64,000 nt of DNA from Rhizobiaceae bacterium (GTDB taxonomy: Bacteria; Pseudomonadota; Alphaproteobacteria; Rhizobiales; Rhizobiaceae), in NCBI GenBank assembly GCA_023953905.1, contig JAMLJA010000002.1, positions 196,465 through 260,464 on the forward strand. The letters are read 5' to 3'. This document shows, in pieces, positions 1 through 9,731 of the stretch. Positions within the stretch are counted from its first letter, which is position 1. Each line of letters opens with the position of its first letter. The notes under the pieces were generated by a model. The model was given only the letters and a program-made list of their open reading frames with translations, was not told the DNA's origin and made no database searches. The position numbers and the translations under genes are program-made.

Positions 1-734
1 CGGCCACCCGATTCCACCAAGAATTTCCCTGCGGCCCATCCGCTCGAGCTTCCGTCGCGCCGCTCCACCCGACACCACCGCGTCTGCCCGTTCATCCGGC
101 AGCCGCGATTGCGCAGGATGATCCCGTTGCGAAGACGCGCGACTATAGTCGCCTGGGAAGATGGGCGCGATCTGACGTTCAACCTGTCACCGGGCGGCAC
201 ATTAGCCACTTGCCAGAAGTCGGGTCCGCCGGTCAGTCCGTCGGCATAATCAGGCGGAAGCGCGCTGCTGCCACCTCCCGTCACTTCGATCCTGAGGGAA
301 AAGTCCGCTCGCTCTCCTCGGCGAGCTGCATTGCGCATCAGATAAACCTGAATAACGTAATCGCCGCTTGACGGAACAATCACGTCGCCAAGATTGCCAT
401 CGATCGAGCCATTGAACAGCGCCTGGGACGCCCCCCGCGACTGGATATTGAAATAGCTGCTCGGATTATTGGTGCTCAGCGAGGCCGATAATCTCTGGCC
501 CCCGCGCACGCTGACGAGATACCTTATCCCGTCATAGCCGATAATCGTATCGCGCACTGTGCGTGCGCTCCGACCCGGTGCAAATGCGACCCGCTCCGTA
601 CGATCCTTGGCGTTGGCAACTGCAATCCACCCGGTCGGAGCGGCAAAACCACACATCAGGCTCAAGACGAAACACGAAAGAACAAGAAGACGCGCCACCG
701 GATGTCTCACCGCGGTTGAGGGAGAGATCGACAT
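1..734 (-). CDS. Secreted protein, PliG-like (g-type lysozyme inhibitor-like) domain plus C-terminal bacterial SH3 domain; runs off the window edge
   Basis: Not in the ORF track. Manual translation from ATG at 734 is open to base 1: signal-like N-terminus, ERVAFAPGRSARTVRDTIIGYDGIRYLV...GDYVIQVYLMRNAARRGERADFSLRIEV, then DRLNVRSRPSSQATIV...WCRVE...GWAAGKFL (SH3b). Confidence 0.7.
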   Translation of the reverse strand, partial: MSISPSTAVRHPVARLLVLSCFVLSLMCGFAAPTGWIAVANAKDRTERVAFAPGRSARTVRDTIIGYDGIRYLVSVRGGQRLSASLSTNNPSSYFNIQSRGASQALFNGSIDGNLGDVIVPSSGDYVIQVYLMRNAARRGERADFSLRIEVTGGGSSALPPDYADGLTGGPDFWQVANVPPGDRLNVRSRPSSQATIVARLRNGIILRNRGCRMNGQTRWCRVERRDGSSSGWAAGKFLVESGG

Positions 735-952
735 CCAAATATCATGAACTAGATGACGACGGACCCACCAATGAAATCTTCTCGCCGTATATGAACTGAA
801 CTCATGCATGACGACATTCCGGGCAATTTGCACAGAACGCACCCTCTGATATCGCCACTACAATTTCGGCACAGGAGGCTTTGAAAGACGCGTTATCGCG
901 TCAATGGCCTGAGAGACTGTCGGACGCTCCTCGCGTGGTCACGCCCCGATGT

Positions 953-1876
953 CTACGACGATGCTATGAAGCGGTCGAGTTTGCCGAGGGTCTGGAGTCC
1001 AAGTTCCACTGCCCCGAAGCCCTTCGCTTTCTGGAACTCGGCGGCAGCTGAGAAGACCATTCCGAGCGTCACCTTCGTGAACGCGCCCTCATCTTCGAAC
1101 GAGGCCCATGCATCGGCGTGCTTGGGGCCATTCTCTCCCCACAGGAGCTGATAGCCGAACCGTTCGTGCGCCCTGACCTCACCATAGAGATGATGGTTCG
1201 GAAAGACCGTTCCGTCCGGCCCGATCATATCGAAGACCCACTCGCCTCCTTCCCGCAGATCAATCCTTTTCGTACGGCAGGAGAATCCCTCCGGCCCCCA
1301 CCATTGAGGAAGGGTCTCGGAATTCATCCAGGCATTCCAGACAATCTCGCGCGGCGCGCGGATAACTCGTTGCAACACCATGGTCCGCTCCGCAACGCCG
1401 GTGAGATTGTCCAATCCAGCGCCAAAGCCCTCTCGGTAACCGCCCTCCATGTCCACGGCCAGAGAGGAGAGTTGCACCGTCACAACCACCTTGCTCTGTT
1501 CGCCTAACTCGGTGAACGTCGAGGTGATCAATGCAGCCGATTGCGTTGTTTCTTCCGATGAGATCACCTCATAGTTCACGCTGCGCAGCGCTGGCTCAAG
1601 CGCAAGCCAACCGGATTCGCAGCGAATGTCGGGCTGACCCTGTGCCTTGCAGAGCGTGACCTCCCGTCCACCGACCCTTGTATCAGCCTCGAGGAACTCT
1701 ACGGTCACCGAAGGCGAGGGAGACGCCCATACCGCCCGTGCGGCAGGTGCCGTCCAGGCCTGCCAAAGTGTACTGACAGGCGCAGCCACTTTGCGCTCGA
1801 ATACCAATGTCGCGAAACGCCCATTGACGTCATGAGAAGCGGTCACGTCAGACGCGCTCGACTGTTCGTTTGTCAT
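953..1876 (-). CDS. Tandem SRPBCC (AHSA1/START-like) domain protein
   Basis: Two repeats: FERKVAAPVSTLWQAWT and LQRVIRAPREIVWNAW...WWGPEGF...DLREGGEW; overlaps the ArsR stop. Confidence 0.85.
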   Translation of the reverse strand: MTNEQSSASDVTASHDVNGRFATLVFERKVAAPVSTLWQAWTAPAARAVWASPSPSVTVEFLEADTRVGGREVTLCKAQGQPDIRCESGWLALEPALRSVNYEVISSEETTQSAALITSTFTELGEQSKVVVTVQLSSLAVDMEGGYREGFGAGLDNLTGVAERTMVLQRVIRAPREIVWNAWMNSETLPQWWGPEGFSCRTKRIDLREGGEWVFDMIGPDGTVFPNHHLYGEVRAHERFGYQLLWGENGPKHADAWASFEDEGAFTKVTLGMVFSAAAEFQKAKGFGAVELGLQTLGKLDRFIASS

Positions 1877-2214
1877 TTTCCCTGCTCCTTCACTACACCC
1901 ATCACAAATGCGTCCAGCCGATCGAGCCGCGACTCCCAGATAGTCCGCTGTTCATCCATCCACGTGCGCGCCGGTTCGAACGCTTCGGGCACAATCGCGC
2001 AGGTGCGCACCCGGCCGTCCTTCGACGTCACGATCAACCCAGCCCCTTCGAGCACGGAAAGGTGCCGCATCACTGTGGGTAGCCGCAGTCCTGTAGGGTC
2101 TGCCAAATCAGTGACGCGTGTTGGCCTTTCTGCCAGTCGGGTGAGGATCGACCTTCGTGTGGAGTCGGCCAAAGCGTGGAACAGCAGCGACAGATCAGGA
2201 TCATGCTTAGTCAT
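1873..2214 (-). CDS. ArsR/SmtB family transcriptional regulator
   Basis: LFHALADSTRRSILTRL...HLSVLEGAGLI; start trimmed to MTKHD. Confidence 0.9.
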   Translation of the reverse strand: MTKHDPDLSLLFHALADSTRRSILTRLAERPTRVTDLADPTGLRLPTVMRHLSVLEGAGLIVTSKDGRVRTCAIVPEAFEPARTWMDEQRTIWESRLDRLDAFVMGVVKEQGK

Positions 2215-2420
2215 ATGGCTAACTATAGCAGCATGATCCCGGATCGCAAGCAATACTTTGCCATTCGGCTAAGTTTATCGACCACCATTCCGTTGGTTGA
2301 CGAGCCGATTCTGGTAGCCTCATCGACACCCTTCGGCCTGATCGCGGCGATCGCGGGATCATTGCCAGAACGTCCTGCGCGACACAGGAAACACTATCAG
2401 GGCGATCGGCGACACGATGC

Positions 2421-3203
2421 CTAGACTGTCGGCACGGTGCCGCCGTCGATGATGAACTCGGATCCCGTGATGCTGGCAGCGCGATCTGAGGCGAGGAAAG
2501 CGATCAGGTTCGCAATCTCATCGGGCGAGGACGGCCGGCCGAGTGGGATGCCGCCCAACGAATCCATGATCATTCGCTTTCCGAGTGTGGCATCACCCCC
2601 CTGCTCTGCTCCCAGTCGCTCTGCCAGATGAACAGCCGCCTCCGTCTCGATCCATCCGGGTGAGACACGCACGACGCGAACACCTTTGCGCGAGACCTCC
2701 TTCGAGAGCGCCTTGCTATAGGTGGAGAGCGCAGACTTTGCAGCCGCGTAGGCTGTCGTCGCTTCCGGCAATGGCATGGTTCTCTGGATCGATGTGACGT
2801 GAATGACAACGCCCGAGCGTTGTTCGATCATCCCCGGCAAAATGGAACGATCAAGCCGCACTGCGGGCATCAGATTGAGGTCCATCTCTCTCCTCCAAGC
2901 GTCATCGCCGAGCACCCCGAAGCCGCCGGCCGGAGCCGACGAGCCACCGAGCATGTGAACGACTATGTCCACGCCCCCCAGCCGATCTCTGACGGCGGCT
3001 GCAAGCGTCTCGCATCCCTTGGCGGAGGTCAGGTCAGCAGCGACGAACCCGACGCCCTTGTCGAGCATGTCCGGCAGTGATCGCGCGCTGGTCAACACCT
3101 CTGCTCCGAGTTGGCGGAACAACCGGACCGTCGCGGCACCGGCGCCACGGGTGCCGGAAGTCACAAGCGCCCGTTTGCCTTCCAGAGTGACGAACGAAAT
3201 CAT
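2421..3203 (-). CDS. Short-chain dehydrogenase/reductase
   Basis: [15 protein letters not shown] catalytic motif, SPGWIET. Confidence 0.9.
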   Translation of the reverse strand: MISFVTLEGKRALVTSGTRGAGAATVRLFRQLGAEVLTSARSLPDMLDKGVGFVAADLTSAKGCETLAAAVRDRLGGVDIVVHMLGGSSAPAGGFGVLGDDAWRREMDLNLMPAVRLDRSILPGMIEQRSGVVIHVTSIQRTMPLPEATTAYAAAKSALSTYSKALSKEVSRKGVRVVRVSPGWIETEAAVHLAERLGAEQGGDATLGKRMIMDSLGGIPLGRPSSPDEIANLIAFLASDRAASITGSEFIIDGGTVPTV

Positions 3204-3529
3204 GTCGTAATGTCCAGTTCGGCGATGCGCTCGCCTTCCAGAACGAAAAAGTACTTCAAGTCGACGGGACTGCCCGGGAAGTCTCCCACAAGATGGCTCG
3301 TGACCACTGTGCGGGGGCCTTCCGTTTCAATCGCGAATGGTTCGACGGTATAGGTAAATCTGGTCGACGCTTCAGCCTTCCATCGCCGGATCGCCTCGCG
3401 TCCGGCATGTGTCTCGTGTTCATCTCTGACGACAGCATCTTCACTGAAGCAAGCGGCGACAGCATCGGGATTTCGATGTCGGTCCGCTTCGAAATATGCG
3501 CTTATCTGCTTCGGCAGAGCTAGGTTCAT
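3200..3529 (-). CDS. SnoaL-like/NTF2-fold protein
   Basis: [15 protein letters not shown]...GREAIRRW...[12 protein letters not shown]; start trimmed to MNLAL behind a GGAG RBS. Confidence 0.85.
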   Translation of the reverse strand: MNLALPKQISAYFEADRHRNPDAVAACFSEDAVVRDEHETHAGREAIRRWKAEASTRFTYTVEPFAIETEGPRTVVTSHLVGDFPGSPVDLKYFFVLEGERIAELDITT

Positions 3530-3663
3530 CAGACATCTCCGTCTCTTGTGACGAGGCTTTGAATCGGCGCCATGATCCGAGCCTCCATGGTCCCAATCTA
3601 GGGCTGGACGTTCGTCGCGATAATTGGGACAAAGCTGAACGTTACATTGCGAAAAGGAGAACA

Positions 3664-4575
3664 ATGTCGCGACAAGGTCTTGTCGAACTCGAAGCGGTTC
3701 TGGCCATTGCGGCGCGGAGCTCGTTTCGCGCCGCTGCCCTCGAACTGGGGCTGTCCACAACCGCACTCAGTAATCTGATAGGGAAGCTAGAGCGACAGCT
3801 CGGCGTGCGCCTCTTCAACCGCACCACACGCAGTGTCTCGCTCACGGACGCCGGGCGCACTTTCGTCCAACAGGTGGCCCCGGCGCTGCGCGACATTCAG
3901 GAAGCGATTGCGACCGTGAAGTCGCAGCAGGACACGCCATCGGGAACGTTGCGGATCAATGCCTTCGCCAGCGGGGCCCGCGAAATCATGGCACCGCTCG
4001 TTCTGGCCTTCCTGCGGCGATATCCCCAGGTCCATATCGACCTTGTCACCGAGGGCCGCATCGTCGACATCGTCGCCGAGGGATTTGACTTGGGCCTCCG
4101 CAGTGCGAATTTGGTGCCGAGCGACATGATCGCGGTTCCGTTGGGGCCGCCCCGCAGTCTCGCCGTCGCCGCAACGCCGGGTTATTTCGATGCGCATGGC
4201 AGGCCGCGCGTCCCGCCCGACCTTCTTGGACACAAATGCCTCCGCATCCGGCTGCCAAACGGCGCTCCCTACCGCTGGCACTTTGAAAAAGACGGAAATC
4301 CCGTCCAGATAGACGTGGAGGGTCCGATCACCTTGGACGAGGGTACGCTTGCGCGAATCGCAGTACTCGAGGGGATTGGGATTGGTTTGTTCATGGAGGC
4401 AGACATACGAGATGACGTCACCAAAGGCCGGCTCGAACGCGTCCTCCAGGACTGGACTCCACCCACGGCTCCGCTCAGCCTCTACTATCCCGGCCGCAAG
4501 AACCCTTCGGCGGCGTTCCGCGCCTTCGTTCAGATGGCACGCGACTTCGGCAAGGCGGCGATGCGCGACGGATAG
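3664..4575 (+). CDS. LysR family regulator divergent from SnoaL-SDR
   Basis: [10 protein letters not shown]...[33 protein letters not shown] before ATG 3664. Confidence 0.93.
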   Translation: MSRQGLVELEAVLAIAARSSFRAAALELGLSTTALSNLIGKLERQLGVRLFNRTTRSVSLTDAGRTFVQQVAPALRDIQEAIATVKSQQDTPSGTLRINAFASGAREIMAPLVLAFLRRYPQVHIDLVTEGRIVDIVAEGFDLGLRSANLVPSDMIAVPLGPPRSLAVAATPGYFDAHGRPRVPPDLLGHKCLRIRLPNGAPYRWHFEKDGNPVQIDVEGPITLDEGTLARIAVLEGIGIGLFMEADIRDDVTKGRLERVLQDWTPPTAPLSLYYPGRKNPSAAFRAFVQMARDFGKAAMRDG

Positions 4576-4694
4576 GGATTTAGTTTGCGCTGGCGGCAAG
4601 GCTTGCATCAAACAACGAGACGCTAGTGCGCCCGAAGCCGGACGAACGGGACGCGCATGGACCCAGGATATTTCTGAACCAATCAACGGCGCTT

Positions 4695-4719
4695 GGAACA
4701 AGTAATCGTTTGATCGCTT
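4695..4719 (+). promoter_or_regulatory. Possible general-stress sigma (EcfG/RpoE2) promoter for yihY
   Basis: GGAAC-N18-TT upstream of the YihY start; short motif, could be chance. Confidence 0.35.
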
Positions 4720-4741
4720 TGCTTATGGTGGAGGGCCTGAC

Positions 4742-5737
4742 GTGGAAAGCGACAACAAATTAGAAGCCGACAGCGATAAAGCCTGCGAGGAGATGGACGG
4801 CCGCGGGCGCGACGCGCAAAGCCCGTCCCAGATTCCGTTGCTGGGTTGGAAGGACTTGCTCTGGCGCGTGTGGCAACAGGCTGGAGAAGATCGCATCACG
4901 CTGATTGCGGCCGGGACCACTTTCTATCTGTTGCTCGCTCTGTTTCCGACGCTTGCCGCATTCGTATCCATCTACGGATTTGTGGCTGATCCGAAGACGG
5001 TCGCTGATCACGTTGCTTTCCTCGGCGGACTGATGCCCGGCGGCGGTATCGACATTATTCGCAGCCAACTTGAAAGCCTTGCCAATCAGGACCGGGATGC
5101 CCTCAGCATAGGTTTTCTCGTCGCCGTTCTGGGCGCATTCTGGAGTGCCAACAGCGGCGTCAAGACGCTGTTTGAGGCGCTCAACATTGCCTACGAAGAA
5201 CGTGAGAAAAGGTCATTCCTGAAACTCAACCTGATGGCATTCACCTTCACATTCGGCGCCGTTATCATCGGAATTTTCATGATCGTCACCGTCGGCGTGG
5301 TGCCAGCAGTCTTAGGACTGCTGCAGATTGGCCAGTTTTCCGAGACAATTATAGCCGTACTGAGATGGCCGCTGCTGCTCATTGCGGTGGCAATTGGAAT
5401 CTCTGTCCTCTACCGGTACGGACCGAGTCGCGAGCCCGCGAAATGGCGTTGGATCAGTTGGGGCGCCGCCCTCGCGACTCTCGTCTGGATGGCCGCGTCG
5501 GCAGGGTTTTCCTTCTATCTACAGAATTTTGCGGACTATAACGCGACTTACGGCTCTTTGGGCGCGGTGGTGGGCCTTATGCTCTGGATCTGGATTTCAG
5601 TCTTGATCCTTATCGTCGGCGCCGAACTCAATGCCGAAATGGAACATCAAACTGCCGTAGACACGACAACGGGCGCACCGCTTCCGATGGGGGAGCGCGG
5701 CGCGGTCGTAGCCGATACGCTCGGCGAGGCAAGCTAA
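4742..5737 (+). CDS. YihY/virulence factor BrkB family membrane protein
   Basis: LIAAGTTFYLLLALFP, NIAYEERE.R, LYRYGP, YNATYGSLGAVVGLMLWIW. Confidence 0.92.
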   Translation: MESDNKLEADSDKACEEMDGRGRDAQSPSQIPLLGWKDLLWRVWQQAGEDRITLIAAGTTFYLLLALFPTLAAFVSIYGFVADPKTVADHVAFLGGLMPGGGIDIIRSQLESLANQDRDALSIGFLVAVLGAFWSANSGVKTLFEALNIAYEEREKRSFLKLNLMAFTFTFGAVIIGIFMIVTVGVVPAVLGLLQIGQFSETIIAVLRWPLLLIAVAIGISVLYRYGPSREPAKWRWISWGAALATLVWMAASAGFSFYLQNFADYNATYGSLGAVVGLMLWIWISVLILIVGAELNAEMEHQTAVDTTTGAPLPMGERGAVVADTLGEAS

Positions 5738-5830
5738 GGCGCTGCCGAATGGGGCACAAATGTGCCTCGCACAGGCGCACAGGTCACGGCGAACTTTGAC
5801 TATAGGCGATGACATTGCCATCTGAATGGC

Positions 5831-6469
5831 ATGTCGCGCGCGCCAAAAAAGAAACTCCCGACCCGGCCTGTCCGTGAATGGTCCCTGTCGCCAGCGGCAA
5901 CACTTGGTTCGGCGGTGCGCGCGAAAGGCATCCTTCTCGAAGTCCGCGCTCATCTTCCTTTCGCGGAGAGAAAGCTGGTGGACGTCGAATCCGGAATGCT
6001 GGTGCTGAGCGTGCCGGAAGATGATTTGGACGACCATCTCACCACAGCTGACACCGTGACAAGAAAGCTCCAGGGCATCGAGGAACTGCCCGTCATCCCG
6101 CGCGAGGTGGAGGACATTCTCACCATCAAGCAAGCAGAACGCCATCGCTGGCTGAAGGACGGCCGGCTCCAGAGCGCTGGAACCCGAACCGTCAAGCTGC
6201 GCGGGCGGGCACGAAAGATCACGTTTCACGTGTTCGATCCCCGCCACATCGAGGACGTTCTCGATCGCGGCCTGCCGGAGATCTGGCGGGAAGAGGATGC
6301 CTTGGCCGCCGCGGAGAACAGACGCCGCGGAGCGCAGAAGGCGGCCTTGAAGAAGGCGGGCAAGCTAGACCGGAAATCCTCACAAGCTGCAGACAACAAG
6401 AGCGGAAAAGAAGCGTCGCCGACGCTGAAGGGCTGGGACGACTTCGACCTCGATGGCCTGCTTCGCTAG
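5831..6469 (+). CDS. Hypothetical protein (basic, possible nucleic-acid binding)
   Basis: 212-aa ORF with normal codon usage; no motif recognised. Confidence 0.7.
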   Translation: MSRAPKKKLPTRPVREWSLSPAATLGSAVRAKGILLEVRAHLPFAERKLVDVESGMLVLSVPEDDLDDHLTTADTVTRKLQGIEELPVIPREVEDILTIKQAERHRWLKDGRLQSAGTRTVKLRGRARKITFHVFDPRHIEDVLDRGLPEIWREEDALAAAENRRRGAQKAALKKAGKLDRKSSQAADNKSGKEASPTLKGWDDFDLDGLLR

Positions 6470-6557
6470 CGCATCCCTAGGTGTCTTGTCTGACACAACT
6501 TAGAATTTGAACTTTTCAGTTTTCGAAGCATCAATTCTCCAATGCCAACCTGTCGAT

Positions 6558-6884
6558 ATGGCTCGGGCACCATATCGTCGGCGACAAAGCGCAAACGGCA
6601 ACCGCAAGACTTCCTTGGCGATCTTCGGCCTCACCGCAATCGCGATAGGGTTAGCGGTCTTTGGCAATCCCGAGGGAACTTCAGTTTCCGCTGTGATGGC
6701 CGCTATGCCCGGCTCTGGATGCGACATCAAAGGCAACGTCAGCAAAAACAGCGGTGCACGGATCTATCATGTTCCGGGTCAGAAATTCTATGATGCAACC
6801 ATCATCCGGCCCGAATATGGCGAACGCTGGTTCTGCTCGGAAGCCGAGGCGCAGCAAGCAGGCTGGAGGCCAGCGAGACGCTAG
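6558..6884 (+). CDS. Membrane-anchored ExoI C-terminal-like (sunset) domain protein
   Basis: TM helix then CDIKGNVS...IYHVPGQKFY...GERWFCSEAEAQQAGWR. Confidence 0.8.
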   Translation: MARAPYRRRQSANGNRKTSLAIFGLTAIAIGLAVFGNPEGTSVSAVMAAMPGSGCDIKGNVSKNSGARIYHVPGQKFYDATIIRPEYGERWFCSEAEAQQAGWRPARR

Positions 6885-6916
6885 CCACAGCCTTTTGACT
6901 ATGCATGCGCATTGGA

Positions 6917-8464
6917 TCAGAAACCCTGGCGACGCAATTCGGCGGCGATGCGCGATCGGGATTTTCCGTCGCGGGTGGGAAAGGCTGCAAAGTAGTCAGA
7001 ACTCGAAGCATCCGCCCTTCGTCGGCGGACCGCCTCGCACCATCGGGCCGCCTGGTCGTCCCGGCCGGCGAGCCCATTGGCGACCATTGCGATCATCGCG
7101 ATGAGATAATGCGCGCCCGGCGTCGTCGCCGCCCGGTCGCCCCAGCGGGCGGCCGCAGTGTAGTCTTCCTGCTGCATAAGCATCTGCGACCTCACCCCAT
7201 GCACACCGTAGAGAAGCGGATCCAGCGGGCTGAGATGAAGTGCCATATCGAGACCGGCCCCCGTCGCTGCTGACCTGCCGATCAGCATCGACGTGAAGGC
7301 CGATGCATAGAAGCCCTGCGCATAGTTCGGGTTCAGGGCGGTAGCGCGGTCGAGCCAATCTCCGGCAGTTTCAAGGTCACCGGTCAACCAGTGCGAACGG
7401 CCCATGGTGAAGTTTGTGAAAGGGTCGAGAGGATCCAACTCGAGACCACGTTCGGCGTGGCGCCGCGCTGCCTGAGCGGCAATGGACACGTCGGGGCTCA
7501 ATCGCAGGAATGCTTCTATGAAACTGGTAAAGGAGAGGCCCGCGTGGGCACGGGCGAAGTGCGGGTCCAAAACGACCGCCTGCTTGAAATGTTCCTGGGC
7601 CACGACATTGTCAGAGGCGGTGAAGCGATAGAGGTGGTGAAGGCCGATGTGGTAGTTGGTCCATGCGTCGTGGGCCTCTGTACCGCCCAGTCTGGCCGTC
7701 TGAACCTCATTGAGCGGAATATACACTTCAAGCGCCGATACCAGATGCTCGACTATGCGCGTGCGCAAATCGTCGATCCCGTCGAGCGGCGAAACGAGGC
7801 GATCACCCCATATCACCTCACCGCTGCTACTATCGGCCAATTCGAGCGCAACCACGATGCTGCTGGCAGTCGCTTCGATCAGCCCAGAAAGAATATAGCG
7901 GGCGCCGAGCGCAGTGGCCACGAGATCGAGGTCAGGCGAACCCTGTCTGAACCTGAAGGACGAGCCGCGCGCGATTACGGCGAGCCAGCGCAAGCGCGAC
8001 AATCCCTGGATGATCTCGTGCGGTATGGCATCGGCCAGGACGGCAAGTTCGGGCGAGAGCGCGAGTGGACGGAACGGCAGCACGGCAATCGAGGGTTTGC
8101 CTGTGAACTGGTCCGCGGATTTGGGCGGGGGTTCCTGCTCACCGACGGGCGTCGGGCCGACTTCATCGACCGCGGCCACAAAACGAAAGCCTCGCCCGTG
8201 CACTGTACGTATGACGGTCTGGCTTTCGCCATCGTCGCCCACCGCCTTACGGGCGGAACGGACCCGGCTGGATATGCTGGCGTCCGAAACCGCACGACCG
8301 CCCCAGACCGCGTCGACGATCTCGGCCTTCAGCACCAGCCGGTCGCGATGGCGCACCAGATGCACCAGAAACGCGACCACCTGTGGCTCGACCGGTACCA
8401 AGTTCGCGCCGCGAGTCAGTTCAAACCGGTCTGGATCGAGGCGAAAATCACCAAATGTCCACAT
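6917..8464 (-). CDS. Winged-HTH (CadC/Trans_reg_C) + TolB-like + TPR transcriptional regulator
   Basis: FGDFRLD...VEPQV...IRTVHGRGFRF; KPSIAVLPF; TPR repeats (LDPLDP, LNPNYA). Confidence 0.88.
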   Translation of the reverse strand: MWTFGDFRLDPDRFELTRGANLVPVEPQVVAFLVHLVRHRDRLVLKAEIVDAVWGGRAVSDASISSRVRSARKAVGDDGESQTVIRTVHGRGFRFVAAVDEVGPTPVGEQEPPPKSADQFTGKPSIAVLPFRPLALSPELAVLADAIPHEIIQGLSRLRWLAVIARGSSFRFRQGSPDLDLVATALGARYILSGLIEATASSIVVALELADSSSGEVIWGDRLVSPLDGIDDLRTRIVEHLVSALEVYIPLNEVQTARLGGTEAHDAWTNYHIGLHHLYRFTASDNVVAQEHFKQAVVLDPHFARAHAGLSFTSFIEAFLRLSPDVSIAAQAARRHAERGLELDPLDPFTNFTMGRSHWLTGDLETAGDWLDRATALNPNYAQGFYASAFTSMLIGRSAATGAGLDMALHLSPLDPLLYGVHGVRSQMLMQQEDYTAAARWGDRAATTPGAHYLIAMIAMVANGLAGRDDQAARWCEAVRRRRADASSSDYFAAFPTRDGKSRSRIAAELRRQGF

Positions 8465-8607
8465 GACCGCTCAGTCTACAGCAAGAAAGCGGATTCCTAC
8501 ATGAAATCTTCAGGTGGGGTTCAAGCGGCGACGTCGCCGGAGGTGTAGCGTGCGTTCCACATTGGGAGAGGAACCCCAGCAAGTCCAAAAGATGAGGAGT
8601 TACGGAC

Positions 8608-9687
8608 ATGGCATCTCAAACAATCCGCACGACGAACGGACGCGGAAAGCTGTACGACAGTATTCTGGCCACGATCGGCGACACGCCCGTCGTGAGGATC
8701 AACAACCTCGCACCGGCAGGCGTGCGAATGTATGTGAAAGCGGAATTCTTCAACCCCGGCGCCTCCGTCAAAGACCGGCTTGCGATCAACATCATTGAAG
8801 CTGCTGAACGCGCGGGGACCCTGAAGCCGGGTCAGACGGTGGTCGAGGCCACCAGCGGGAATACCGGTATCGGGCTGGCAATGGTGTGCGCGCAGAAGGG
8901 CTACAAGCTGGTGGTCACGATGGCCGACAGCTTCTCTGTCGAGCGACGGCAGTTAATGCGGATGATGGGCGCGAAAGTCGTGCTCACGCCGCGCGCCGAA
9001 AAGGGCACAGGCATGTACAAGAAGGCAGTCGAGCTTGCCGAAAAGCATGGCTGGTTTCTGGCGCGGCAATTCGAGACCGAAGCGAATGCTGACATCCATG
9101 AAAGCACGACTGCGCGCGAGATAATTGCCGACTTCGCCGGCGATCGCCTGGACTATGTCGTCAGCGGCTATGGCACAGGCGGAACGATAACCGGATTGGC
9201 ACGCGTGCTTCGCAAGGAGCGGCCCGAGACCAAGATCATCCTGACGGAGCCTGCCAATGCGCAGTTGGTCGGCAGCGGCGTGGCGCAGACACGCGGCCCT
9301 GACGGTGGACCGGCCGCCACACACCCGAGTTTCGAGCCCCATCCGATCCAGGGATGGACGCCCGATTTCATTCCTAACGTGCTTCAGGAATGCCTCGACA
9401 CAGGCGGCTATGACAAACTTATCCCTATAGCTGGCACCGAAGGAATCGCCTGGGCCAAAAAGCTCGCGCAAAAGGAAGGCATACTGACCGGAATTTCCGG
9501 CGGGGCCACCTTTGCGGTGGCGATGGAAATAGCGCGGCAGGCAAAGCAAGGCTCGGTTGTTCTCGCAATGCTGCCAGACACCGGAGAACGCTACCTCACG
9601 ACACCGCTGTTCTCCGACATCGCGCAGGACATGGATGAGGAAGAGAGCGAGATATCCAGATCCACAGCTGGATATCAGATGAGTTGA
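8608..9687 (+). CDS. cysK: Cysteine synthase family PLP enzyme
   Basis: NPGASVKDR (PLP Lys), EATSGNTGIGLA, GYGTGGT, GISGGA. Confidence 0.88.
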   Translation: MASQTIRTTNGRGKLYDSILATIGDTPVVRINNLAPAGVRMYVKAEFFNPGASVKDRLAINIIEAAERAGTLKPGQTVVEATSGNTGIGLAMVCAQKGYKLVVTMADSFSVERRQLMRMMGAKVVLTPRAEKGTGMYKKAVELAEKHGWFLARQFETEANADIHESTTAREIIADFAGDRLDYVVSGYGTGGTITGLARVLRKERPETKIILTEPANAQLVGSGVAQTRGPDGGPAATHPSFEPHPIQGWTPDFIPNVLQECLDTGGYDKLIPIAGTEGIAWAKKLAQKEGILTGISGGATFAVAMEIARQAKQGSVVLAMLPDTGERYLTTPLFSDIAQDMDEEESEISRSTAGYQMS

Positions 9688-9731
9688 CCCTGCTGGGCCA
9701 CATCAAAGAACGCCAACAGAGAGCAGGACCG

